Positions 1 through 8,013 of a stretch of DNA of 64,000 nucleotides are shown here, piece by piece; within the stretch, counting starts at the first letter, position 1, and each line of letters begins with the position of its first letter. The DNA is from an uncultured bacterium. GTDB taxonomy: Bacteria; Chloroflexota; UBA5177; JANWHV01. The position numbers and the translations under genes were made by a program. The stretch lies in the NCBI GenBank assembly GCA_963827235.1, contig CAWHAE010000018.1, forward strand, positions 384,001 through 448,000, in the 5' to 3' direction. The notes under the pieces were generated by a model that worked only from the letters and a program-made list of their open reading frames with translations, did no database searches and was not told where the DNA came from.

Positions 1-123
1 CGCGCTGCGACCGCTCCCATCGCCGGCATAGCGCATGGTGATGCCGCGGGCGTCGAGCAACAGCTCCCCCGCTGGCACGATCGTAGGTGATGGATCCGTT
101 CCCGTTTGAAGCGTTGTACCCAT
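1..123 (-). CDS. 5' part of NitT/TauT-family ABC transporter ATP-binding protein (runs off window)
   Basis: Manual translation from ATG 123 gives MGTTLQTGTDPSPTIVPAGELLLDARGITMRYAGDGSGRSA. 'LLDARGITMRY' is a typical ABC ATPase N-terminus, and the gene starts 13 nt after the permease stop. Confidence 0.7.
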   Translation of the reverse strand, partial: MGTTLQTGTDPSPTIVPAGELLLDARGITMRYAGDGSGRSA

Positions 124-136
124 GCTTGTCTTTCCC

Positions 137-1951
137 TCAATCCAGGGTATAGCGGCGCTCGGCGAGCCCGTAGAGCCGGCGCCAGACCATCCGGTTGACG
201 GACACCACGACGATGGCCATGAGGACGGTGGCGGCCAGCAGCTCGGGAAAGTGCCCGGCGTTCGCTGCCTCGGCAATGCGCGCGCCTAGCCCAACGGTAC
301 TCACCGTGCGGCTATTGAACTGCACGTATTCCGACACGATGCTGGCGTTCCAGGCGCCGCCGCTCGCCGTGATCATGCCGGTCACCAGATAGGGGAAGAT
401 GGCGGGCAGGATCAGGGTACGCCACCGCTGGCGCCGCCCGAGCCGGTACACCGTCGAGGCCTCGCGCAGGTCGCTGGGAATGGCCATGGCGCCCGCGATC
501 ACGTTGAAGAGGATGTACCACTGCGTGCCGAGCAGCATCAGCAGGATGGCAGGCAGCGACAGGCCGCCCGGCGCCTTGATCAGCACGATCAGCAGCACGG
601 GGAAGAGCGCCGTGGCCGGAATGGAGGCGATGACCTGTACCACGGGCTGCAACCGCCGGGACCAGGTTGGCGACATGCCGATCGCCACGCCCACCGGCAC
701 GGTCCAGGCCACGCCGATCGCCAGTGCGGTCAGCGTGCGCCCGAGGGTTGCCGCCGCGGCCAGGACCAGCGCGCCCCAGGTGGCCGCGTCCACCTGAACG
801 AGGAGAGCCACGAGCTTGGCCAGACCGCCGGCTACGAGTCCGGCGGCTATTACGGCGAAAACGAGCGCCACCACTCGCCGCACCGCGCTCGCCGCCGTCG
901 ATGCCGCCTCCGGACTGCGCTCGGCGCCCGGCAGCGGCTGCATGCGGTTGAGGAGACCGGCCAACAGCGCCCCGAGCGGGCGGAACAGACGCCGGCGCGC
1001 CAACGCCACCAGCGCGGAGCTTCGCAGCGCGTCCAGCACCGGCGAGCGCGGCGGCGCGCTGCCGCTCGACATCTCCAGCTTGAACTTGTCGGCCCACGCC
1101 ACCAGCGGGCGCCAGAACAAGAAGTCGAGCGCCACGATCAGCAGCACCAACGTCGTCAGACCGAGGACTATGGCGCCGCCATCCCCCTTGTTGGCCGCTA
1201 CCTGCAGGTACGAACCCAAACCGGGTAGCTGAAATGAGCGGCTGCCCATGGTGAATTGCTCCGAGGCCATCAGGAAGAACCAGCCGCCGGCCCAGCTCAT
1301 CATGCTGTTCCAGATCAGTCCCATCGCCGCCGAGGGAAGCTCCAGCGTGGTGAAGCGCCTCCAGGGCCGCAGGCGATAGATCGTCGCCGCCTCCTTCAGG
1401 TCCGCGGCCTCGGTGCGCGCCGAATGGTAGAAGCTGAAGGTCATGTTCCAGGCCTGGCTGGTGAAGATCAGGATCACGCTGGCAAGCTCGAGTCCGATAT
1501 TTGAGCCGGGAAAGAGGGCGACAAGTGCGAGGACCACGGCCGGAAGGAAGGAGAGGATCGGGATGCTCTGCAAGATGTCGAGCACGGGCACCATCACCAC
1601 TGCCGCGCGCCGGTTCGTCGCGGCAATGTGCCCGTACACCAGCGTGAAGGTGAGCGAGAGCAGGTAGGCGAGGATCATGCGCAGCAGGGAATATCCGGCA
1701 TAGGCCGGCAGCGCCGAAGCCGCCAGGCTGATGTGCACCGCCGGCGTGAGCCGCGCCGTCCACCGCGAGGCTGCCGCCACCAGAAGGGCGATGCCGGCGA
1801 GTACGCCGGCGGCGACCAGCAGGTCGATACCGCCAAACCGTCCCGGCGAGAGCGAGGTGGATGGCACTGCACTGTCCGGCTGCCGCCGCGGTTCCGGGCG
1901 CTGCAGCTGGGCACGCTCGCGCGCGTTCTCGGGCACGAAGACCTGGGCCAT
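137..1951 (-). CDS. NitT/TauT-family ABC transporter permease (two BPD_transp_1 domains)
   Basis: Motifs LDILQSIPILSFLP, WNSMMSWAGGWFFL and GGAWNASIVSEY. Start moved to ATG 1951, which has an AGGAG RBS. Confidence 0.9.
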   Translation of the reverse strand: MAQVFVPENARERAQLQRPEPRRQPDSAVPSTSLSPGRFGGIDLLVAAGVLAGIALLVAAASRWTARLTPAVHISLAASALPAYAGYSLLRMILAYLLSLTFTLVYGHIAATNRRAAVVMVPVLDILQSIPILSFLPAVVLALVALFPGSNIGLELASVILIFTSQAWNMTFSFYHSARTEAADLKEAATIYRLRPWRRFTTLELPSAAMGLIWNSMMSWAGGWFFLMASEQFTMGSRSFQLPGLGSYLQVAANKGDGGAIVLGLTTLVLLIVALDFLFWRPLVAWADKFKLEMSSGSAPPRSPVLDALRSSALVALARRRLFRPLGALLAGLLNRMQPLPGAERSPEAASTAASAVRRVVALVFAVIAAGLVAGGLAKLVALLVQVDAATWGALVLAAAATLGRTLTALAIGVAWTVPVGVAIGMSPTWSRRLQPVVQVIASIPATALFPVLLIVLIKAPGGLSLPAILLMLLGTQWYILFNVIAGAMAIPSDLREASTVYRLGRRQRWRTLILPAIFPYLVTGMITASGGAWNASIVSEYVQFNSRTVSTVGLGARIAEAANAGHFPELLAATVLMAIVVVSVNRMVWRRLYGLAERRYTLD

Positions 1952-2089
1952 GTAGCTCCTTGGGCGGACAAGCAGAGTGTGGCCGGTAGGTTGCGCGAGG
2001 GGGATTCCATGGAGATTGTCCAGGATCATGCCCCGCCGGGCAAGCAGTCTTGTCTCCGTGCGATCACTTGGACGCTGGCCGCGCCACAG

Positions 2090-3730
2090 TCACTGGCCGC
2101 GCTGCACGTCGGCGCGACTGAATCCAAACACTCCCAAAGCCAGCACCACCGCGGCGAGCGCAGCCATGGCGAGCGAGGCCCCCCAGCGTGGCCCGTCCGT
2201 GATCGGGCTGCCGTATTGATGGAACATGGACAGGTCGGCCAGCCAGGCCGGCAGGTTGAGCACTGTGTAGAGCAGCGAGGCCACGAAGGAAAGCGCGACC
2301 AGCCCGCCGACCACGCCGGTGCCTATCGCGGCCGCCGCTCGGCCCGCCAGCAGAAACACCACGCTGGCCGTGATCAGCTCCAGGGGGAAGATGCCCAGCA
2401 TGGCCGCAGTCACGTACCCGGCTTCGAGGTTCAGGCCCGCCAGGCGACCACTCACCAGCACGATCAGCTCGACGACCACCGGCGCACCGGCGAGCAGCAG
2501 TGTGAGAGCGCCAAAACGCTCCAGTATTACGCGCCGGCGCGGCGCCGGCGTGGCCAGCACCAGTTCCAGCGCGCCGGCATCCAGATCGCGCGCCCAGGCC
2601 CCGGCTTCCACCAGGGCGTAGAGCACGAGCAAGAGCGGCAGGTAAAGGAACAAAATAGCGGCCAGGAAGCCCGCGTCGGTCATCACGTTGTGGCTACCCA
2701 GGAGCTGGCTGGCCTGGCGAGGTGCGTCGGCCAGTATCTTGCGCAGGCTGTCCTCGGTGCTCCGGGCGGCACCGGTGGTCCAGGCGCCGTACATGCCCAG
2801 ACCGGCAATCCACCACACCGCCGCAGGTGCTTGCGAGGCGAGGCCGCGCGCCCACACGGAACCCAGGGACCGGCTAGCCAGCGCTCGGTCGAGCGCCGCG
2901 CCACCGGCAGCCGTCGGACGCACTCCATGGTGTTTCCACGCCACGCCGCCCACATCGCGGAGCAGGAAGAGCGGAATGCTGGCTGCGCCCAAGACCACGG
3001 CCAGTAGGACCAGCACCAGCACGCCGCCGCCGTCGATTCCGCGGGAGGCGATCAAGGGCTTGCTGAGACTATAGTAGTAGAGTGGCGAAAGGTGCTGGAG
3101 CCAGCCTGCTTTGGCGACGCGGCCCGTGCCATCCATCAGGTAGGCCAACACCATCACCGTGCCCGACAGACCGGCCGCGGTACCAGCCGTCCGCACCACC
3201 TGGGCCAGCAGCAAGGCCAGCATGCCGAACACCAACGCTGCCAGGCTGACGTTGAGACCTGCCAGCAGCGCAGCCCCGGCATCAACCTGCACGCCTGCCT
3301 TGGACTCGCCGCCCATCACGCCTAACCCAATCACGGCCCCGATTGCGGCCAGGGCAGTGACCAGGGCAACCAGCTTCTCGCCTATCACCCGTGAGCGGGA
3401 GCGGGGCGTAGCCAGCAGGACGTCCAGCGAATGTCGCTCCTCCTCGCGCCGGAGCAGACGCGCGCCGGCCAACACGGCCCAGATGCCCAGGAAGGGAGGC
3501 AGAGAGTCCATCACCTTCCAGGTCGTGTAGCCGCCCATCGTCGTCAGGGCGATGGGGTCGCCGAAGAAGCGCATGCTCTGGCCAAGCGAGGCCGCGTCCT
3601 GCCTCGCGCTCAGGCTCAGCTGGGCAAAAGCATACATATTGGCGTAGACCAGGAACGCGAGTCCGATACCCCAGCCCAGAATCGGCACGCGATACTCGCG
3701 CAGCGTCTTGGTCCAGATCGATCGCAGCAT
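2090..3730 (-). CDS. ABC-2-type exporter permease (duplicated domain)
   Basis: Two internal EE..LD/ELxLATP..R.R motifs and about 12 TM segments; follows an ABC ATPase. Confidence 0.88.
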   Translation of the reverse strand: MLRSIWTKTLREYRVPILGWGIGLAFLVYANMYAFAQLSLSARQDAASLGQSMRFFGDPIALTTMGGYTTWKVMDSLPPFLGIWAVLAGARLLRREEERHSLDVLLATPRSRSRVIGEKLVALVTALAAIGAVIGLGVMGGESKAGVQVDAGAALLAGLNVSLAALVFGMLALLLAQVVRTAGTAAGLSGTVMVLAYLMDGTGRVAKAGWLQHLSPLYYYSLSKPLIASRGIDGGGVLVLVLLAVVLGAASIPLFLLRDVGGVAWKHHGVRPTAAGGAALDRALASRSLGSVWARGLASQAPAAVWWIAGLGMYGAWTTGAARSTEDSLRKILADAPRQASQLLGSHNVMTDAGFLAAILFLYLPLLLVLYALVEAGAWARDLDAGALELVLATPAPRRRVILERFGALTLLLAGAPVVVELIVLVSGRLAGLNLEAGYVTAAMLGIFPLELITASVVFLLAGRAAAAIGTGVVGGLVALSFVASLLYTVLNLPAWLADLSMFHQYGSPITDGPRWGASLAMAALAAVVLALGVFGFSRADVQRGQ

Positions 3731-3737
3731 GTGACAC

Positions 3738-4676
3738 CTACCCTTCGCCGGCCGCCGCGAGGTCGCGCGGCGCCTGGTGCGCCTGAGCCGGCTCGTAGAA
3801 GCGCAAGAAGACTTCTTCCAGGCTGGGCTCCTGCGAGGTCATGGCAATCGCGTCGTGCTGCGCGGCCACTTTCAGCACCGCGCTCAAGTCGTGCAGCACC
3901 GTCAGATGCAGGGCCAGTCCCCCGCCTGCGCTTTCGACGCGCTCCACGCCCGGCAGGCAGGCAAACCAGGCCGGCGTCGCCGGCGCGGCAAAGCCGATGT
4001 CGACCACGTGGTGTCTGAGCGCGCGGAGCGCGACCACGTGATCGACTTTGACCAGCCGGCCCTCGCGAATGATGCCCACGCGGTCGCAGGTATGCTCCAC
4101 TTCCGGCAGGATGTGCGAGGAGAGGAAGATGGTCTGGCCCTGCTGCCGGGCCTCATCCACCAGGGCATAGAATTGCTGCTGGTTGAGGGGGTCGAGCCCG
4201 CCGGTGGGCTCGTCCAGAATCAGCAAGCGCGGCCGGTGCATGAAGGCCTGCACGAGGCCCACCTTCTGCTTGTTGCCGCGCGAATAGTCGCGGCAGCGTC
4301 TGTTTGGGTCGAGGTCCAGGCGCTCGACCAGCATTTGCACGTACGCTTTGTCCACGCCGCCACGCAGGTTCGCCAGGTAGGCGAGAGTCTGCGCGCCGGT
4401 CAGCGAAGGATCGAGCAAGAATTCGCCCGGTAGATAGCCGACCAGGCGCTTGACCGCCGCGGCCTGGCCCCAGCAGTCCAGATCTCCGATCGTGGCGCGT
4501 CCGCGCGTGGGCCGCAACAGCCCCATGAGCAGGCGGATAGCCGTCGTCTTGCCGGCCCCGTTGGGTCCCAGGAAGCCGAACACCTCGCCCTCGGCTACCT
4601 CCAGGGTGACCCCTTCGATGCCGCGCGCGCTGCCGTACTCCTTCGTGAGATCGTGTGTCGCGATGATCAGAGCCAT
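3738..4676 (-). CDS. ABC-2-type exporter ATP-binding protein
   Basis: Walker A GPNGAGKTT, signature YSRGNKQK, Walker B LILDEPT, SSH switch; GGAGG RBS. Confidence 0.95.
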   Translation of the reverse strand: MALIIATHDLTKEYGSARGIEGVTLEVAEGEVFGFLGPNGAGKTTAIRLLMGLLRPTRGRATIGDLDCWGQAAAVKRLVGYLPGEFLLDPSLTGAQTLAYLANLRGGVDKAYVQMLVERLDLDPNRRCRDYSRGNKQKVGLVQAFMHRPRLLILDEPTGGLDPLNQQQFYALVDEARQQGQTIFLSSHILPEVEHTCDRVGIIREGRLVKVDHVVALRALRHHVVDIGFAAPATPAWFACLPGVERVESAGGGLALHLTVLHDLSAVLKVAAQHDAIAMTSQEPSLEEVFLRFYEPAQAHQAPRDLAAAGEG

Positions 4677-4933
4677 GTTTCACCTCCTTCCAAGGCCAGG
4701 ACTGTCGCCCGGCGTGGAGGACGAACGTTCATACAGTATGTGGCTCAGTCGACTGATTCGGGCTGATCGACTTTTCTGCTTGCACCGGGCTGCGACCGCG
4801 GCTCGGCAATGCTCTACTTCATCCCAGGCTAGACTGTGAGTCTTGACTGGGCTCGTATGCTTGGCGATTGCGCGGTGCAGAGCGTATGGGCTTGGTCTGA
4901 TCGCCCGCGCTCAGTCGCTCCGCCGGTCCCGGC

Positions 4934-5170
4934 CTACGCCTCGACCAGGCAGTTGCAGGCCGCGCACGAGAGCTTCGGGAAGTTGAAGGTCAGCGAACCT
5001 CCGCAGAACGGGCAAGGATCGGTGACCACCATCTCCTCGACTTCCCAGGGCTGATTGACATGTTGGGCATAGAGGCGCGCATACAAGGAAAGCAGTGCCT
5101 GTTCGCGTTCTTCACGTGCGGCAGTCAGTTTGCCAGGTTCGCGACCATCTTGCGATTGAGGAGCCGTCAC
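4934..5170 (-). CDS. small zinc-ribbon protein (78 aa)
   Basis: C-terminal CPFC-x12-CAAC, purine-rich RBS before the GTG, fills the gap between genes. Confidence 0.65.
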   Translation of the reverse strand: MTAPQSQDGREPGKLTAAREEREQALLSLYARLYAQHVNQPWEVEEMVVTDPCPFCGGSLTFNFPKLSCAACNCLVEA

Positions 5171-5236
5171 CTCGGTCCTCCTCTCCGGGCCTGAGCGGCG
5201 GGTCGAAGGCCCCGGATCCCGCCGCGCAAATCCCGC

Positions 5237-6904
5237 TCAGTGCCCAATCGCGAGCTGCACGACCTTCACGACCAGGAGCAGAACAGCGATCACGAGGTAC
5301 GCTTGCAACGTCAGCATAGCGGCCTTGGTGCCCAGGGACCACACCGGTCTGGGCAGCGTGTGCAGGGGCGGCATGCGCCAGGTATGCTTGTCTTCTGCTT
5401 CCACCGGTGCGGCCACGTCACGGCCGGTCCGGCGCAGGGTGAGGGCGCCGAGCACCACCAACCCAAGCAACAACGAGACGCCAAGCCACGCCGCCAGCCG
5501 GCCGGCGTCCAGCGCCGGGAACATGGTGGAGGCAGCGAGAATCAGCGAGAGCATAACCAGCACACCGACAATCGTGCAGGCCAGGATATTGACCCACACT
5601 CTGTTCACCCAGGGGCCAAGCACATCCTTGTCGTTGCAGAGCAGGATCAGGAACACGGTGGCGCTCGGCAGCAGTACTCCGGCAAGGGCTTGCACCGCGG
5701 TCGTCATGAGGCCGAGCGGCGCACCAGGGATGAGCACGATGCCGCCGGCGACCAGCACCAGGCCACCGTAGAGAGCGTAGAAGGCCCGCGCATCCCTCCA
5801 CGAACGATGCAGAGAATGCTTGACGCCGAAGACGTCACCGAAGGCATAGCTCGTGGACAGCGTCACTGCAGCGGCTCCGATCAGCGAGGCGTTGAGCAGC
5901 ATGATCGCGAACAGTGCACCGGTGACCGAGTTTACGTGCTGGGCCAGGGCCGTAGCCGTCGTGCCGGCGTCGGCGAACTGCCCAAACAGGGCGGTACCTT
6001 TGAAAGCGAAAGCCGTAACCACCATCAGGGCCGCGGCGCCCACGACCACCACCGCGGAGCCGATCACCGTGTCGGCACGCTCATAGGCCATCCAGCGTGG
6101 CGTCAGGCGCTTGTCGATCACGTTGGACTGCTGGAAGAACAGCTGCCAGGGCGCGACTGTCGTGCCGACAATGGCGATAATCAGCATCATCGCGGTGGAA
6201 GTCAGACCCCCATGCACGCTCGGCACGAAGGCGTCGTGCGCGATCTGGCCCGCCGCCGGGTGAACGGAGAGCGCCATGGGAATGGCCACGAAATTGGCGG
6301 CGATGAGCAGGTACATGCAGCGCTCCCAATTGCGGAAGCTACCCGTCACTGTGCTGCCAATCAGCAGCGCGACCGCCAGCGGTACGGAGATGTAGGGACT
6401 GACACCGAAGTAGGCGAGGGCAAGGCTGACGCCGATAAACTCGGTGACGATGGTCAGGAAGTTGAGCAGGAACAGGTCGCCCACCGAGAAGGCGCCCCAG
6501 AACTTGCCGAAACGCTCGAGGATCAGCCGGGCGTGCCCCACCCCGGTGACAAGGCCGAGGCGCACGACCATCTCCTGGTTCACGATCAGCACCGGAACCA
6601 GCAAGAGCAGCACCCAGAGCAGGCTGGTGCCGAAATTCTGTCCGGCCTGCGCATAGGTCGCCACGCCACCGGCGTCATTGTCGCCGACCATCACGATCAG
6701 GCCGGGGCCCATCACGGCGAGCAGCGTGAGCAGGCGCGCCCTCCAGGTTGTGCGAGGAGCGAGATCGTGTTGGCGCACGGTGCCTAGCGCACCGCGAATG
6801 TCGCCGCGGTGCGCATCGTCAAGCACCGCGTCGCGGCGTCGCTCCACGTCCGGCAGCGCCACCGCGCCCTGGCCCCCCGTTAGGGTGAGATCTTGTGTCG
6901 TCAT
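5237..6904 (-). CDS. NRAMP-family divalent metal transporter, NRMT (Mg2+) type
   Basis: GPGLIVMVGDNDAGG in TM1 (DAGG replaces DPGN) and GTTVAPW in TM6; downstream of an M-box riboswitch. Confidence 0.9.
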   Translation of the reverse strand: MTTQDLTLTGGQGAVALPDVERRRDAVLDDAHRGDIRGALGTVRQHDLAPRTTWRARLLTLLAVMGPGLIVMVGDNDAGGVATYAQAGQNFGTSLLWVLLLLVPVLIVNQEMVVRLGLVTGVGHARLILERFGKFWGAFSVGDLFLLNFLTIVTEFIGVSLALAYFGVSPYISVPLAVALLIGSTVTGSFRNWERCMYLLIAANFVAIPMALSVHPAAGQIAHDAFVPSVHGGLTSTAMMLIIAIVGTTVAPWQLFFQQSNVIDKRLTPRWMAYERADTVIGSAVVVVGAAALMVVTAFAFKGTALFGQFADAGTTATALAQHVNSVTGALFAIMLLNASLIGAAAVTLSTSYAFGDVFGVKHSLHRSWRDARAFYALYGGLVLVAGGIVLIPGAPLGLMTTAVQALAGVLLPSATVFLILLCNDKDVLGPWVNRVWVNILACTIVGVLVMLSLILAASTMFPALDAGRLAAWLGVSLLLGLVVLGALTLRRTGRDVAAPVEAEDKHTWRMPPLHTLPRPVWSLGTKAAMLTLQAYLVIAVLLLVVKVVQLAIGH

Positions 6905-6974
6905 CGGTGTACCTTCCTACGGTGCAGGAGTCGCTGGACCGTGGTTCGGGAGGTCACCGGTGACACCAGCTACC

Positions 6975-7091
6975 TCACTTGGGCCGCGGTTCCGCGACGA
7001 GACGTGGACTGCCGGAGGCCGACTGCCATTCACCCAGCATCCCATTGGGTGGAGGCTCCGCCGGCTTGGCTGTGCCATCACTGACGCTCAT
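6975..7091 (-). CDS. putative short leader ORF 2 (38 aa, MSVSDGTAKPAEPPPNGMLGEWQSASGSPRLVAEPRPK)
   Basis: Manual translation; AGAGGA RBS upstream; shares GSPR..VA with leader ORF 1; ends 70 nt before the NRAMP ATG. Confidence 0.4.
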   Translation of the reverse strand: MSVSDGTAKPAEPPPNGMLGEWQSASGSPRLVAEPRPK

Positions 7092-7126
7092 CGTGTGTCC
7101 TCTGCTTGTCTACAGGCCAGGAGCGC

Positions 7127-7366
7127 CTACGCGGCGGCCCTGGTGTGGGCGGTATGGCATTCTTCGCCATGCAATGCGCGGCCGGCATCATGCTCATCGA
7201 TCCAGCGAGCCTCGAGCCGGCACTTGCCGCACGCATCGACGACGGGAATCCATTGGGCAACCATGGCGCGCCTCTCCCTGGGCCACGATTCCCTGACGGC
7301 ACTGGATGGCTCCGGCCGATCCGGCGCGGCAGTGCGGCGGGGGACAGAGAAAACGCGAATGCTCAT
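7127..7366 (-). CDS. small hypothetical protein (79 aa)
   Basis: Strong GGGAGGTG RBS; first ORF after the leader terminator; globular-looking core AMVAQWIPVVDACGKCRLEARWI. Confidence 0.6.
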   Translation of the reverse strand: MSIRVFSVPRRTAAPDRPEPSSAVRESWPRERRAMVAQWIPVVDACGKCRLEARWIDEHDAGRALHGEECHTAHTRAAA

Positions 7367-7396
7367 GGCGCACCTCCCTGGATGGACTCCCCACCC

Positions 7397-7429
7397 AAAA
7401 GAAAACCTCTCGGCTCACTCGCCGAGAGG
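7397..7429 (-). terminator. intrinsic terminator (attenuator) in the leader
   Basis: Minus strand reads CCTCTCGGC-GAGTGA-GCCGAGAGG-TTTTCTTTT: a perfect 9-bp stem plus U-tract. Confidence 0.85.
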
Positions 7430-7456
7430 CACGTGCGTCACCCGCCTGAACGATCC

Positions 7457-7546
7457 TCAGGCGATATGCGCGTGCGAAAGACGGCGAGCGGCCCCCATAA
7501 CGTGACTCAAGGACGCGACAAAGATACGTGGACTACCAGCGTCCAT
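7457..7546 (-). CDS. putative leader peptide 1 (29 aa, MDAGSPRIFVASLSHVMGAARRLSHAHIA)
   Basis: Manual translation; GAGAGGGGGTGA SD 9 nt before the ATG; lies between the M-box aptamer and the terminator. Confidence 0.6.
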   Translation of the reverse strand: MDAGSPRIFVASLSHVMGAARRLSHAHIA

Positions 7547-7662
7547 AGAAGGCGCTCACCCCCTCTCACCTGCGGCTACCTTGGGCGTCCAGGCCAGTCT
7601 GCACGATGGCGCACCACGGGCCGGGATCGGCAACTGTAGGCTTAAGCTAGACGGTCAACTCA

Positions 7663-7824
7663 CTCCACGTAAGAGTTTTGGCCACTGCATACCGTAAGAC
7701 GGTCACCCGTCCAGCCACTTTGAGTCAACCCTTAAGCCGGGAAGACCTGGTCTGAGGTTTTGGCGTCTCTCGACGTTTCTCCTCAGTAGCCTGTGTGTAT
7801 GCAGCCACCTCACCTAACGAGGAG
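7663..7824 (-). ncRNA. M-box (ykoK leader) Mg2+ riboswitch aptamer
   Basis: Minus strand CTCCTCGTTAGGTGAGG...ACGTCGAGAGACGCCAA...TTAAGG...AAAGTGGCTGGAC...GCAGTGGCCAAAACTCTTACGTGGAG matches the conserved blocks of the ykoK leader; upstream of a metal transporter. Confidence 0.92.
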
Positions 7825-7867
7825 ACCGAACTCCAGGTTGTGCTGCTACATCCCTGAAATCACGTGC

Positions 7868-7896
7868 ATAGTACGTCCCTTGTGCTACCCTGTCAA
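7868..7896 (-). promoter_or_regulatory. sigma70/SigA promoter for the riboswitch transcript
   Basis: TTGACA-17 bp-TACTAT on the minus strand, about 40 nt upstream of the aptamer. Confidence 0.8.
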
Positions 7897-8013
7897 GGGC
7901 CTGGCGGGGTGTTTTTTTGCGCTTTCGCGCGCCCAAGCTGCGGCAGAGACATACGCGCAATCTCCCCTTCAACGTCTGCACGTGTCGGGGCCTCTGGCGA
8001 AGGAGTACAGACG

